A stretch of DNA of 64,000 nt, taken from NCBI GenBank assembly GCA_963841435.1, contig CAWJCS010000002.1, forward strand, positions 896,001 through 960,000, given 5' to 3'. A program made the position numbers and the translations under genes. The notes beneath the pieces were generated by a model, which saw only the letters and a list, made by a program, of their open reading frames with translations, searched no databases and was not told where the DNA came from. This document shows, piece after piece, positions 41,707-53,271 of this stretch (position 1 is its first letter; each line of letters opens with the position of its first letter). The stretch is from an uncultured delta proteobacterium (GTDB lineage: Bacteria > Myxococcota_A > Polyangia > Polyangiales > Polyangiaceae).

Positions 41707-42267
41707 GTGCAGGTTGCCTTCTACGGTGGCAGCTTCGACCCGCCGCACCTCGCCCACCTGTTCTCGGCGGTGCTCGCGGCGTCGCTCGGCGGCTTCGACA
41801 AGGTGCTCGTCATGCCCGTGTTCGAGCACCCGCTCGGCAAGGTCCTTTCGCCGTTCGACCTGCGCGTCGATCTTTGCCGGCGCTGTTTCGACGGATTCGG
41901 GCGCGTCGAAGTGAGCACGCTCGAGGCCGAGCTCGAGCGCCCGAGCTACACGGTGCGCACACTCGAGCGCCTCGGGCGCGACCACCCCGACTGGCAGCTT
42001 CGCATCGTCATCGGCAGCGACGTTCTCTCCGACACGAGCGCGTGGCACGACTTCGACCGCGTGCGAAAGCTCGCTCCACCGTTCGTGCTCGCTCGCAAGG
42101 GATACGAGAGTCCCGAGCTCGGCCCCGCCGTGCTGCCTTTCGTCTCTTCGACCCGGGTGCGCGAGCTGTTGCGGCGGCGCGACGAGCCGGACGCGCTCCG
42201 CGAGCTTTCTTTTCTCGTGCCCGAGCGCGTGCTCGCCCGCGTGATCGAGCTCGGGATTTATCGGTAG
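41707..42267 (+). CDS. nadD: Nicotinate-nucleotide adenylyltransferase
   Basis: YGGSFDPPHLAH, PSYTVRTL, IGSD, VSSTRVR. Confidence 0.9.
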   Translation: MQVAFYGGSFDPPHLAHLFSAVLAASLGGFDKVLVMPVFEHPLGKVLSPFDLRVDLCRRCFDGFGRVEVSTLEAELERPSYTVRTLERLGRDHPDWQLRIVIGSDVLSDTSAWHDFDRVRKLAPPFVLARKGYESPELGPAVLPFVSSTRVRELLRRRDEPDALRELSFLVPERVLARVIELGIYR

Positions 42268-42357
42268 GAGCTCGACGCGGGGCGGATTTCCCGATGCCCG
42301 ATGCCGATCGCCCGGCTGGCGCCTCGTCAAGCCCGCCAGCCGTACTACACTCCCCCG

Positions 42358-44535
42358 ATGGACCTGCGCACGCGGACGTCCCTCTTTTGCGGGGTCCTGG
42401 CGCTGACCATCGGTGCGTCCATCCTGCTGCGCGGCAGGCTCCGGCGGCCCCAGGTGCTGTTCGCGGCGTTCGCCGGCGATATCGGGCTTTTCTATCTCGC
42501 GCAGTGGCTTTACCAGACCGTCGGCAGCGACGTGTGGGCGCGCTTCACGGCCGTGCTCGCCGTCCTCTTGCCGCAGTTCGCCGTGCACCTGTTCGGCGCC
42601 ATCGTGCCGGACACCGAGCGCCGCTCGGTACTGCCGCGCGTGGCTGGCGCGCTCGGCTTGCCGATGCTCGTGCTCGCGCTCACCCAGCACCGCTACTGGC
42701 TCGTGCGCGGCGCGGTGTTTCTCTATGTGTTTGGCTTGCTCGCGGCGACGCTCGGGTCGCTCTTCCGGCGCGGTGAGCGCAGTGGCTCGCGCGCCGTGCA
42801 GCGTCGCGTGCGGTTCCTCGTGCTGATCGGCGCGCTCGCGGCGTTGTTCAGCCTGGCGGATTTCTTGTGGTTCATCGGCGCGCCGTTGCCGCCGGTCAGC
42901 GCCGTGCTCGCCATCGTGTTCTTGTTCGTACTGTCCGAGTCGCTCGTCCGGGAGCGTCTGGTCGACCTCTACGACGTGCTCGTGAAGCTTTTGGTGTCCA
43001 CGGCGCTCGCCTTCTCGCTCGCCGGGATCTTCTACGTTCTCGTGGGGTTGTTCGGGGGGTTCGAGGTCATGTATCTCGGCGCGATTTTGGCCGCGATCGT
43101 GATCCTGGTGCTGTTCGAGCCGCTGCGTGAGCGAGCCGAGGGCTACGTTGGCCGCATCGTCGTCCGCGAGCGCGTCAACCTCGAGCGCGCCGTCGCCCGG
43201 GCGCGCGCGCGCCTCGTGCACGTGCTCCAGCTCGGCGAGATGCAGGAGGTCGTGATCGCCGCGCTCGAGGGGTCGCGCCGTGCCACGGGGGCGGCGCTCT
43301 ACCTGCGCGATCCGGGCGGCTCGGATTTCGCGCTCGCCGGGTCGTTCGGACCCCAGGCGCCCGAGCGCGTGGAAGCCGCGGCTGCGGGTCCCCTGCTGGA
43401 GCGTCTCGAGCAGGCGCCGAGCCTCGCGCTCGAGGAGGTGCGCTCGCGCTTGCCGGAGCGTCGGCGGTCGGGGCAGGCGCGCGAGGCCGAGGCGGACGAG
43501 CGCGTGCTCGCTGCGTCGGAGCTGCTCGGTCCGTTCCGGCAGAGCCTCTGCCTGGCGATTCGTGGCGAGGATCGGGAGCTGCGCGGTTTTCTCACGGTGA
43601 TCGACGACCGCGTGCGCGACGCGTTCTCGCCCGACGACATCGCGCTGCTCGAGCCACTCGCGCTGCAGATCGGCGTCGTGCTCGAGAACACCAAGCAATA
43701 CCGGCGGTTGCAGGAGCGCGACCGCCTGACGGTCCTCGGGCAAATGGCGGCGGGCCTCGCGCACGAGATCAAAAACCCCCTCGGGGCCATCAAGGGCGCG
43801 GCGCAGCTGCTCGGTGACGGGCGCAGCACGGCGCCGCTCGGCCCGTCGGAGCGCGAGTTTCTCGGCATCATCCTCGAGGAGGTGGAGCGGCTCGATCGCG
43901 TCGTCGGCTCGGTGCTCGACTACGCCCGACCCTCGAAGGGCGACGTGGGCCTCGTCGAGGTGAACGCCGTCGTGCGCGGCACACTGAAGCTCTTGGCGTC
44001 CGATCGCGCGGAAGTGTCGGACGTTCGCATGGAACTCGAGGAGACGCTCCCCGGCGTGCGCGTCGACGCTGAGCAGCTGCGTCAGGTGCTCATCAACCTC
44101 GTGCGCAACGCGTCGCAGGCCATGGGCGCGACCGGCACCGTCTACGTCACGACGCGCTCGCGCGAGCAGCGCCGCCTCGGCGGTTCGGAGGTCGTGCGGT
44201 TCGTGGAAATCGCGGTGCGCGACGAGGGGCCGGGCATCGCTCCCCAGGTCATGAAGAACCTTTTCGTGCCCTTCGTGACCACGAAGGACAAAGGGACGGG
44301 TCTCGGGCTCGCCATCAGTCAGCGTGTCGTCGCCGAAATGGGCGGCCGCATCGACGTGGCCTCGTCCGAAGGGCTCGGCTCCACCTTTACCGTGGTCCTC
44401 CCCGCCGCCTCCGAGGTGGATGCCGAGCCGCTCGTCGAGTCGGCGCGGGGGCTGCTCTCCGCGCTCGGCCCGTCGGCGGGTCCGGCGTCCCCCGCTACGG
44501 GCGCCGTGCGCGAGGGGTCCGCCTCGCGCGACTAG
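42358..44535 (+). CDS. Membrane sensor histidine kinase (multi-TM input, GAF-like, HisKA, HATPase)
   Basis: H-box AGLAHEIKNPL; N-box QVLINLVRNA; DEGPGI; FVPFVTTK; GTGLGL. Confidence 0.93.
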   Translation: MDLRTRTSLFCGVLALTIGASILLRGRLRRPQVLFAAFAGDIGLFYLAQWLYQTVGSDVWARFTAVLAVLLPQFAVHLFGAIVPDTERRSVLPRVAGALGLPMLVLALTQHRYWLVRGAVFLYVFGLLAATLGSLFRRGERSGSRAVQRRVRFLVLIGALAALFSLADFLWFIGAPLPPVSAVLAIVFLFVLSESLVRERLVDLYDVLVKLLVSTALAFSLAGIFYVLVGLFGGFEVMYLGAILAAIVILVLFEPLRERAEGYVGRIVVRERVNLERAVARARARLVHVLQLGEMQEVVIAALEGSRRATGAALYLRDPGGSDFALAGSFGPQAPERVEAAAAGPLLERLEQAPSLALEEVRSRLPERRRSGQAREAEADERVLAASELLGPFRQSLCLAIRGEDRELRGFLTVIDDRVRDAFSPDDIALLEPLALQIGVVLENTKQYRRLQERDRLTVLGQMAAGLAHEIKNPLGAIKGAAQLLGDGRSTAPLGPSEREFLGIILEEVERLDRVVGSVLDYARPSKGDVGLVEVNAVVRGTLKLLASDRAEVSDVRMELEETLPGVRVDAEQLRQVLINLVRNASQAMGATGTVYVTTRSREQRRLGGSEVVRFVEIAVRDEGPGIAPQVMKNLFVPFVTTKDKGTGLGLAISQRVVAEMGGRIDVASSEGLGSTFTVVLPAASEVDAEPLVESARGLLSALGPSAGPASPATGAVREGSASRD

Positions 44536-44540
44536 CCGCG

Positions 44541-44568
44541 TTTTCGAGGCGGGTGCGGGCCTCGAAAA
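44541..44568. repeat. 10-bp perfect inverted repeat between the kinase and FHA genes
   Basis: TTTTCGAGGC-gggtgcgg-GCCTCGAAAA. Confidence 0.7.
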
Positions 44569-44633
44569 AAGGCCGTCGAGTGAGCCCATCGCCTCGCGCG
44601 CCACGTCGCGATAGGCTGTCCGGGAAACCGACG

Positions 44634-45614
44634 ATGGGCATCTCTCGTAAGGATAGCGGCCCCAGCGACCCGCCACGGCGATACGCCCTCAGGTTCGTGT
44701 CCGGCAAGTACCAGGGCGGCGAGTTCCCACTCAGCGACGGAGAGCAAGTCGAGGTGGGCCGCTCGAGCGATCTCGACATGGTGCTCGTCGAGGAGATGGT
44801 GTCGCGAAAGCACGCCGTCTTTCGTCTCGTCAACGGCGTGCTGACCGTCGAGGACGTGGGCTCCACCAACGGCACGTTCGTCAACGGTGAGCGTATCGAC
44901 AAGGCGACCCTGCGCGAGGGTGATCGCGTGCTGATCGGGACGAGCATCTTGCGCGTCGTCGGATCGGACGCCACCACGCCCGCGGGCGCTCAGAAAAAAT
45001 CGTTGCTCGACCATCAGACCCAAAAAGCGGTGCGATCGCGCACCAACGAGCCGCCCGCGTCGATCGAGCCACCGCGCATGTCGGGCAGCCTCGAGGAGAT
45101 CCCCTTGCCGGATCTGATGCAGCTCCTGTCAACGTCCAAGAAGAGCGGCGTGCTCGTGCTGCGCGACGCGACGAGCGTCGGGCGGCTCTACCTCGACGTG
45201 GGGCGTATCCGCCACGCCGAGATCGACACGAGCCCCGGGCTGCCGGGCCTCAAGGCCGTCTATCGCTTGCTCGGCTTCACGCGCGGCTCGTTCGCGCTCG
45301 ATCCGCCCGAGGACCGCACCATCGCCGAGCCGCTCGATCTCGGCGCGACCGAGGTGCTCATGGAGGGCGTGCGCCAGCTCGACGAGCTCGCGACGCTGGG
45401 GGCGCGCCTGCCGCCGCGCGCGGCGCCGGTGCGCCTGCCGAAAGACCCCAAGCTTCGCCTGCGGGATCTCGCGGCCGAGGACCTCGACTGGATGGAGGTA
45501 GCGCTCGGCGCCGGGACGTTCGGTGGCGCCCTCGACGCCTCGCCCACCCCGGACATCGACGCCGCGCGCGCTCTCATCGGCCTCGTCGAGCGGGGCGCGC
45601 TCTCTTTCGGCTGA
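44634..45614 (+). CDS. FHA domain + DUF4388 (PatA-N-like) signalling protein
   Basis: FHA: VGRSS..VSRKHA..DVGSTNGTFVNG. DUF4388: GSLEEIPLPDLMQLLSTSKKSGVL. Confidence 0.88.
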   Translation: MGISRKDSGPSDPPRRYALRFVSGKYQGGEFPLSDGEQVEVGRSSDLDMVLVEEMVSRKHAVFRLVNGVLTVEDVGSTNGTFVNGERIDKATLREGDRVLIGTSILRVVGSDATTPAGAQKKSLLDHQTQKAVRSRTNEPPASIEPPRMSGSLEEIPLPDLMQLLSTSKKSGVLVLRDATSVGRLYLDVGRIRHAEIDTSPGLPGLKAVYRLLGFTRGSFALDPPEDRTIAEPLDLGATEVLMEGVRQLDELATLGARLPPRAAPVRLPKDPKLRLRDLAAEDLDWMEVALGAGTFGGALDASPTPDIDAARALIGLVERGALSFG

Positions 45615-45645
45615 GCGCGCGGGCCCCGCGCCTGGTCGCGGGCGC

Positions 45646-46464
45646 TCAGGGCTCGTCGGCGCTCGCCGCCGGTCGGGCGCGCGCGGGGAGGCGATCGAGC
45701 GTCTTCAGGCGAGCGGCGATGGCAGGATCGCGTTCGAGCAGGCGTGCCTCGCGCACGACCTGGTCGAGGGCGTGCCAGGGGCTGTGGTCCGCCGCGAGAC
45801 GCTCGAGCTCGCCGACGGCCCGCGCCTTCTCGTCGGGTGCGCCGAGCTCCACGAAGTTCCCAAGGTAGCGGAGCGCGCCCGCGCCGAGCGACGCGTAGGC
45901 CCGGAGTAGCGGCAGGTAGGGGTTGTCGCGCCGCATGGCCTCGAGCTCGACGCCGGCGTCGGGCGTCGTGGCGAGCTCCTTCAGCCGTTCGAGCGCTCGC
46001 GTGCGCTCGGCGGAGCCGGCGGGCTGTGCGGCGGCGCTCGCGGAGGGCGGCGCGCTCGCCTGCGAGGCGCCCGAGCTGCCGAGGTACTCCATGGCAAGCA
46101 AGCGAAGCCGCCGCTCGGCGCGGCTCGCTCGGAGGGCGAGGTCCGCGGCGGCACGCTCGGTTGCGGCGTCGCGGCCGAGCGAGCGAGCGCGGTCCTTCAC
46201 CGTTCGGAGCGCGCGCTCGGCCGCTCTACAGAGCGCGAGGTCGTCCTTGGCCTTGACGACGCCCTCGCAGGTCGGCGGCGTCGGCTCGCCGTCCCACGCC
46301 GCTTGCCAGCCGCGCAGCGCCCTCTCGAGCCGCGCTGCCGTGCGCGCGCGCGCCGAAGCGTCGAGCGCGGGTGACGGTGCGGGCTCGGCCTTCTTCGCGC
46401 AGGCGCTCGAGCCGAGCGCGATCAAAAGGCCGAGAGCGCGCGCGAGCTCACTGGTAGATGCCAC
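45646..46464 (-). CDS. Hypothetical helical lipoprotein
   Basis: Lipobox-like LIALGSSA-C; start overlaps the stop of the upstream metallopeptidase. Confidence 0.6.
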   Translation of the reverse strand: MASTSELARALGLLIALGSSACAKKAEPAPSPALDASARARTAARLERALRGWQAAWDGEPTPPTCEGVVKAKDDLALCRAAERALRTVKDRARSLGRDAATERAAADLALRASRAERRLRLLAMEYLGSSGASQASAPPSASAAAQPAGSAERTRALERLKELATTPDAGVELEAMRRDNPYLPLLRAYASLGAGALRYLGNFVELGAPDEKARAVGELERLAADHSPWHALDQVVREARLLERDPAIAARLKTLDRLPARARPAASADEP

Positions 46465-49400
46465 GCCAGTTCGGGGTGTCGAAGGCGAAGGCGGCGGTCA
46501 CGCTGCGCAGGTAGTCGATCACCGTCTTGTACCCCTTGACGCGCATGACGTACTCGGACGCGTCGCGGGTGCTCGCAAGGATGGGCTGGCCCTTGCAGCT
46601 CGAAACGCCGTCCGGGCAGTTGTCGTTGTCGGGGTACTTCGCGATGGTCAGCTCTCCCGTGTCCGCATCGGTGTCGTCAACCTGGTACGCGTGGCTCGTC
46701 AGAAGATTCATCCACTCGATCACGCGTGCGGCGATGCCGCGATCGATGTCCCGCCCGTCGATGGTTTCCTGGCCGTAGCTGTGGGCGACGTAGAGCTGCC
46801 CGCTCGTCGGATCGCGCCAGGCGCGCCGCTCGTCGGCGGGGAACGCCGGGTCGCTGTCGAGGCCAATCGCCCAGATGCGCATCATGTCGACCCAGTCGAG
46901 CTTCCAGCTCTCGGGCAGGTAGAGCATCGACCAGAACACGACGAACTTCTGGATTTCGAAGCCGACCTCGGGGTCAACCGCGATCGAGCCTTCGGGGGGG
47001 GCAGTGCCGTGGTCGCCGGCATCGCCCGCGAAGTCGAAGCAGCCCACGCGGCCCTTCGCCGGCCAGCAGATGCCTGGATCGGCGGCCCACCAGGCACGCT
47101 GCCCGAACGGAGCGGAAACGACGTTGTCCCGATCGAGGAGGGGGTCGACGCCGCCGGCACCGTTGAGTGTGCCCGCCACCCGCCAGCCGAGCATCGTCTT
47201 GTCCTCGGTGAGCGAGGTGCCGATCAAGCGGCGGACGCCGTCGGGGAACAGCGTGGCCATGCCGATGTTCCTGTAGCGCCCGTCGAAGAAGGTCTCGCGA
47301 TCGTTCGGGATGAAGCGATCGAACGAGTCGGTGAGCAGCGCCGTGGCCCACGACTTGTCGTAGTACGAGCCGACCCACTCGGTGTAGTCACTCGCGTAGT
47401 AGCCCTTGGTCTCGTCGAGCGAGTTGTGGAGCGGTCGTCCGCCGATCGTCTGATCGTCGTCGAGCAGCGTCGTCCCCTCGGGGATCACGACCGGTTTGAT
47501 GGCGTTCTCCGTGAAGATCTGGTCCACGTTGCGCAGCACGCTGTCGCCCGTGGCGTCCGTCTCGGAGCGGTGAACCCCCGCCGACGGGCGCGTGAGCATG
47601 CGCGCGAAATGGTCGAACGAAAGCGTCGCGGCGAGCGCGTTCGGCTCGAGGCTCGGGAAAGGCTGGCTCGCGTCGGTGCGCGGCTCGGATAGATCGAGCA
47701 GCTGAGAGCGCACGCCGGCACCCGCGAAGATCTCGTTCAAGAACGCGAAGGCCTTTCCCATCTCCATCAGCTTGAAGTGGTAGCGCGAGAGCTGACGCTC
47801 GGTCGTCGGGCGGATGCCGAAGGAGGTGCGGTTGCGCCGGTGATTCTCGAAGAGGTGATTGTCCTCGTAGGCGGCGCTGAGAAAATGCGTGACCTCGTAG
47901 GGGTCCGCGCCGTTATCGTGGCGGTACACGGCGACATTTCCGAGATCCGCCCACTCGTCGCCCGCGTAGAGGTACGGGCGGCGCACGCGACCCATCGGAT
48001 CGAACTTTCGCACCTCACCGCCGCTGAGCGTCTGGGTCGGGGCGACGCCCACCTGATCGAACTCGAGGTCCGCGTAGGAGACGTAATCGACGGGCGGCCC
48101 GTCGCAGATCGTCCCGTTGACGATCTTGGCGTCGAACTCGGGCACGTACACGCCGTCCTTTTGCTCGTCCCAGTTGGGCGGCGGCGATAGCTCTTCTTCG
48201 CTCGCGTCGCGGCAATTTCTCACGAGGCCGAACATATTGTTGAGCTCGGAATAGTGGATGGCCTGGCTGGTGCCAAAGCCGTAGGCGGGTCCCAGGATGC
48301 CGCCGAAGGAATCGAGCCTGTCCTGGAGCAGCGCGCCGCCGGTCGTGCAGCGGCGTGAGCTGCCGAGCCCGACGCAGCTCACCGAAGGGTCGTCCCACAC
48401 GTCGGTGACGTTGCCGTATGCGAAGCGAATCGCCGCGCGATCGTAGGCGCTGATGTCCATCGAATCTTGTGTGAGCTCGCCGGGGTAGTCCATCACGCTC
48501 GTGTGCGACCAGCGGTTGATGAGCCCCTCGTCCTCCTCGGGCGTGACCGGGTCGAGCCAGCGGGGGCCGATGCAGGTGGAGCCGTCGTCGGTCGCGTCGA
48601 CGCAAACGTCGGTCTCCTTGCCGTCGCGCGTCCGGAGCTGCCAATACTGCGTCCGGTAGTTGAGGGCGTCGGCCGACGACGTGAAGTTGTGCTCGAGCCC
48701 CAGCGAGTGACCGATCTCGTGCGAGATCACGCTGAAGCGGTACTGACGCGTCAAGAAATCGCGCCAGCGGTCGTTGCGCGCGAGCACGGCCCCCGCCGAG
48801 GCCTGCACGCCCGGCGTCTGAGTGTCCTCGTCCTCGAGCGGAAACTTCAGATTCATGATGCGCGCCCACGCGCCCGTGTCGGTCGGCTCGGGCGCTTCGA
48901 GCTCGCAGCGTCCGGTTTGCGCGAGAGCGAGCTGGTGCTGCTCGTCGAGCTCGGCGCGGAACGTGTAAAAGCTCCCGCGCAGCGGGGAGATCTGGTCGAG
49001 CAGCGTGCTCGAGATGCCTGCGCCGAGCTGCACGTTGCCCATCTGCAGGAAGGGCTCGGTGAGCAGGTCGAGCTCGACGCCCGATTGCTTGGCGAGCCCG
49101 AGGCGCTTCACGAGCGGGGCGTTGCCGCGACCCAAGATCTGGTCGCCGAAGCGGCTCGCCGTGAGGTTTGCCGCCCACTTCACCGTGTCGATCTCATTGA
49201 GGCCGGGCAGCGGGGTCTTCTGGCCGTCGAGGCTGCCGTCCATCGCGCGGAACCGCTCCTCGATCTCGCGGCGATTCATGAGCGGCGGATTTCGGTGCAG
49301 CATGAGGCGACCGTCGGAGAGACTCACGCTCTGGGCGTAGTTGCCCCCGGCCGCCTGAGCGTTGGTGAGCTCGCCGAGCTGCCAGCGCATCTTGTCGATG

Positions 49401-51082
49401 GTGTCCTGCACGACGCGATCCGTGGACGCGTCGAAGATGCTGACGCTCGCGTCAACGACCATGCCGGTCAGCGGATCCTGACCGTCGACCATGACGCCCC
49501 ACGGCATGCCCGACATCGGGTCATGGAAGGCGGTGATGAGGTGGTAGCGGATGTCGCCGAGACGAGCGGTGAGCCCGGGCGCACCGCAGGCGGGATTGTC
49601 GGCGCTCGTGACCGGGTTGTGGCAGAGCATGGCCACGCGCGGCACCGCCTGCATCGCGTCGTCGAGCGTCGTCGGGTATTTTTCGCGGCACGAATCGAGC
49701 AGCGGACCCGCGGCCGAGCGCGCGCAGTTCGCGTATCCGGCGGGGTCACTGGAAAAATCCTGCGCGCATTGATCGATGTCGCCGCGCTGGAAGCCGGCAA
49801 CGTGCAGGCACTCCGTGAAGCGTGCCGTCTGCACGGCGTGGCGCAGCGCACCGTCCCAGTTGTCGACCGCCCCTGCCGCCTGCTCGAAAAAGCTCGGCTC
49901 GCTGCCGAGCCCGAAATAGAACCGAATCGGGCGGATCCTTCGATCGGCGTAGGGCAGGGTGCAGGCGTGCGTGTAGGGGTCGCAGCGCGAGCCGTTGCCG
50001 ACCACGGCGCATTCGTCCTGCGTGCCGTCCCGATCGTCGTCACGCTGCGGATCAGCCCCTGCGGGCGTGGTGTCGCTCGTGTAGCAGCGCACGAGAGCTC
50101 CGCCTTCGGTGTGGGCGTGGCTCTGCTCCCAGATGTTGTGCCGGCTCGCGAAGCGGTACCATTTGTCGTTGACGATGCCGTAGTTGCGGTCGTACGCGTT
50201 GCGGATCGTGCCGTCGATGATGCCGAACATGTCCTTACGCTGGCCGTCCCAGTCGATGGGCTCGTAGTCGGTGTCTTCGACGCGACGGAAGGACAGGCGG
50301 ACCTTGACCTCCGACGGGTTGCAGTTGCCCTCGGGATAGGTGCCCTGGAGCACGTCGGGCTGGAAGAAGCAGAGCGGGAACGCACCCCACGGCGTCTGCA
50401 TGGTCTCGGGCCGCGCGTAGATCTTGTTCGTGACGTCGAAATAGTGGTCCTCGCGCGAGAACACCGGGGCATCTGGGCTCTTCGGGTCCTCCACGAAGTA
50501 CGAGACGGGCTCGTAGGTCATGGGGTCGCCCGTGATGAGCGGGACGATGCTCAGGATGTCGAAATCGTAGGCGGTCGTGACCAGGTTCTGCGACCAGTCG
50601 ACGCGCATGTAGTCCCGCGTGTACCAGGGTCGGTCGCTGGTGTTTTCGACGACGATGTTGAGCTCTTCACCCGTTTGCGGGTTGTACTCGCGCTGGATGT
50701 CGAAATGCGACTCGATGGGGAAGGCGGCCACCACGACGCCGAGCGCGCCGATATCGCTGCCCGTCGTCGTGTTCGAGACGCGATCGTACGAGAGCCGAGC
50801 GAGCAACAGATCCTCGGTGATCTCCCAGTGGATGCGGGAGACGGAGGCGGCGATGGGGGCGTAGAGCAGCGCCTGCGTCGTGCCGAAGTCGACGTCGACG
50901 ATGGTGCTCCGGAAGTAAAACTCGGGGTCGTCGCTCTCGTCGGTCAGCGAGCCGACGAAGAAGGCTTTGGCGAGCGCGTTGGGCTGCACGCGGTTGATGG
51001 GCGCGCGCTCCTCGGCGCAGCCCCCGAAGGCGAGTGCGCCGAGGAGCGCGATGACGAGCGACCGGATCGAGGGAAGCTTCAT
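46448..51082 (-). CDS. Very large (1544 aa) lipoprotein zinc metallopeptidase, metzincin type
   Basis: GGAGGAG RBS before ATG 51082; lipobox ALAFGG-C; HEIGHSLGLEH Zn motif and SVMDY Met-turn; Cys-rich inserts. Confidence 0.85.
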   Translation of the reverse strand: MKLPSIRSLVIALLGALAFGGCAEERAPINRVQPNALAKAFFVGSLTDESDDPEFYFRSTIVDVDFGTTQALLYAPIAASVSRIHWEITEDLLLARLSYDRVSNTTTGSDIGALGVVVAAFPIESHFDIQREYNPQTGEELNIVVENTSDRPWYTRDYMRVDWSQNLVTTAYDFDILSIVPLITGDPMTYEPVSYFVEDPKSPDAPVFSREDHYFDVTNKIYARPETMQTPWGAFPLCFFQPDVLQGTYPEGNCNPSEVKVRLSFRRVEDTDYEPIDWDGQRKDMFGIIDGTIRNAYDRNYGIVNDKWYRFASRHNIWEQSHAHTEGGALVRCYTSDTTPAGADPQRDDDRDGTQDECAVVGNGSRCDPYTHACTLPYADRRIRPIRFYFGLGSEPSFFEQAAGAVDNWDGALRHAVQTARFTECLHVAGFQRGDIDQCAQDFSSDPAGYANCARSAAGPLLDSCREKYPTTLDDAMQAVPRVAMLCHNPVTSADNPACGAPGLTARLGDIRYHLITAFHDPMSGMPWGVMVDGQDPLTGMVVDASVSIFDASTDRVVQDTIDKMRWQLGELTNAQAAGGNYAQSVSLSDGRLMLHRNPPLMNRREIEERFRAMDGSLDGQKTPLPGLNEIDTVKWAANLTASRFGDQILGRGNAPLVKRLGLAKQSGVELDLLTEPFLQMGNVQLGAGISSTLLDQISPLRGSFYTFRAELDEQHQLALAQTGRCELEAPEPTDTGAWARIMNLKFPLEDEDTQTPGVQASAGAVLARNDRWRDFLTRQYRFSVISHEIGHSLGLEHNFTSSADALNYRTQYWQLRTRDGKETDVCVDATDDGSTCIGPRWLDPVTPEEDEGLINRWSHTSVMDYPGELTQDSMDISAYDRAAIRFAYGNVTDVWDDPSVSCVGLGSSRRCTTGGALLQDRLDSFGGILGPAYGFGTSQAIHYSELNNMFGLVRNCRDASEEELSPPPNWDEQKDGVYVPEFDAKIVNGTICDGPPVDYVSYADLEFDQVGVAPTQTLSGGEVRKFDPMGRVRRPYLYAGDEWADLGNVAVYRHDNGADPYEVTHFLSAAYEDNHLFENHRRNRTSFGIRPTTERQLSRYHFKLMEMGKAFAFLNEIFAGAGVRSQLLDLSEPRTDASQPFPSLEPNALAATLSFDHFARMLTRPSAGVHRSETDATGDSVLRNVDQIFTENAIKPVVIPEGTTLLDDDQTIGGRPLHNSLDETKGYYASDYTEWVGSYYDKSWATALLTDSFDRFIPNDRETFFDGRYRNIGMATLFPDGVRRLIGTSLTEDKTMLGWRVAGTLNGAGGVDPLLDRDNVVSAPFGQRAWWAADPGICWPAKGRVGCFDFAGDAGDHGTAPPEGSIAVDPEVGFEIQKFVVFWSMLYLPESWKLDWVDMMRIWAIGLDSDPAFPADERRAWRDPTSGQLYVAHSYGQETIDGRDIDRGIAARVIEWMNLLTSHAYQVDDTDADTGELTIAKYPDNDNCPDGVSSCKGQPILASTRDASEYVMRVKGYKTVIDYLRSVTAAFAFDTPNWRGIYQ

Positions 51083-51150
51083 GGCTCCTCCAGGGGGGAA
51101 AGCGAACGATACCCCGGCGGCAGTCCGCATGGCCACCCGCTTCCGGGGGC

Positions 51151-52457
<1,307 letters not shown>

Positions 52458-52461
<4 letters not shown>

Positions 52462-53081
52462 GTCCAGTGCCCCGCCTTGGCGGCGGCGGGGTCGTGCTCG
52501 CGGATGCGCGGGCCGAGCGCCTCGCGGAAAACCTGCTCGTCGTCCACGTCGGCGTCACCATCGGGGAAGCCCTTGGCCACCACCATGCCGATCGACAGGA
52601 TGCGCAGGAACGTCGCAAAGCTCGAGGCGCAGAGTCGCGGCTTGACGGTCGCGGTGCCGTTCATCGACGTGTACACGGGGCAGTCGCCCTCGGCGTCGGG
52701 GCTCGACGTGTCGAGGAAGTAGGGATCGCCGAGCAGCGCGCTGTGCGCGATGACCACCCAGCCTGGACGCCAGCCGTTCGGCGGTGCACCCGGGGTTGGC
52801 TCGCCCGCCTCGGCGAGACCGTAGCCCGGCTGCTCCTCGATGATGCGCTCGGAGGGGATGAGGCGCACTCGCTCGGCGGGCGTCTTCGTCTCGACGTCGA
52901 GCGGATCGGCGGCGAGCAAAAACTCGCGGAAGCGCCGCGGGATGCGAAGCTTGGCTTTCAGGGCGTCAACGCGTGCCGGGTCGGCCTTACCGAACTGGGC
53001 GCTCAGGCGCCGAGCGGCAAACGCATCCTTGAGAGCTGTCAACGATTCGGCGAGATCGCTGTCCAACGGTGCGACCTCCAC
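52458..53081 (-). CDS. SMI1/KNR4 (SUKH) family protein
   Basis: VDALKAKLRIPRRFREFLL, WVVIA, GDPYFLD, DCPVY, ASSFATFL: the SUKH pattern. Confidence 0.7.
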
Positions 53082-53271
53082 ACGCGCCGCGGGTCCGGAC
53101 AGAGGGCCCGCCAGGCGGAAACAAGAAGAACGAATCGAATTTCTACTGCGATGCCGGCGAGGTGCAAGGCCTCACGGAATCCGGCGTCAAATTTCGCTCG
53201 CGCCGGTGTTTTTTTCGCGCTCGGGTCGCCGCGAGTCGGCGCGCGGGCCGGACGGGGCTCCCCCCCAGCAC

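Noticed and set aside
41446..44676. 1076-aa minus-strand ORF, and similar long antisense ORFs (8058-10787, 48467-51307, 29673-31658, 35500-37068)
   Set aside because: Shadow ORFs opposite well-supported genes. They are expected in high-GC DNA with few stop codons and have no motifs.
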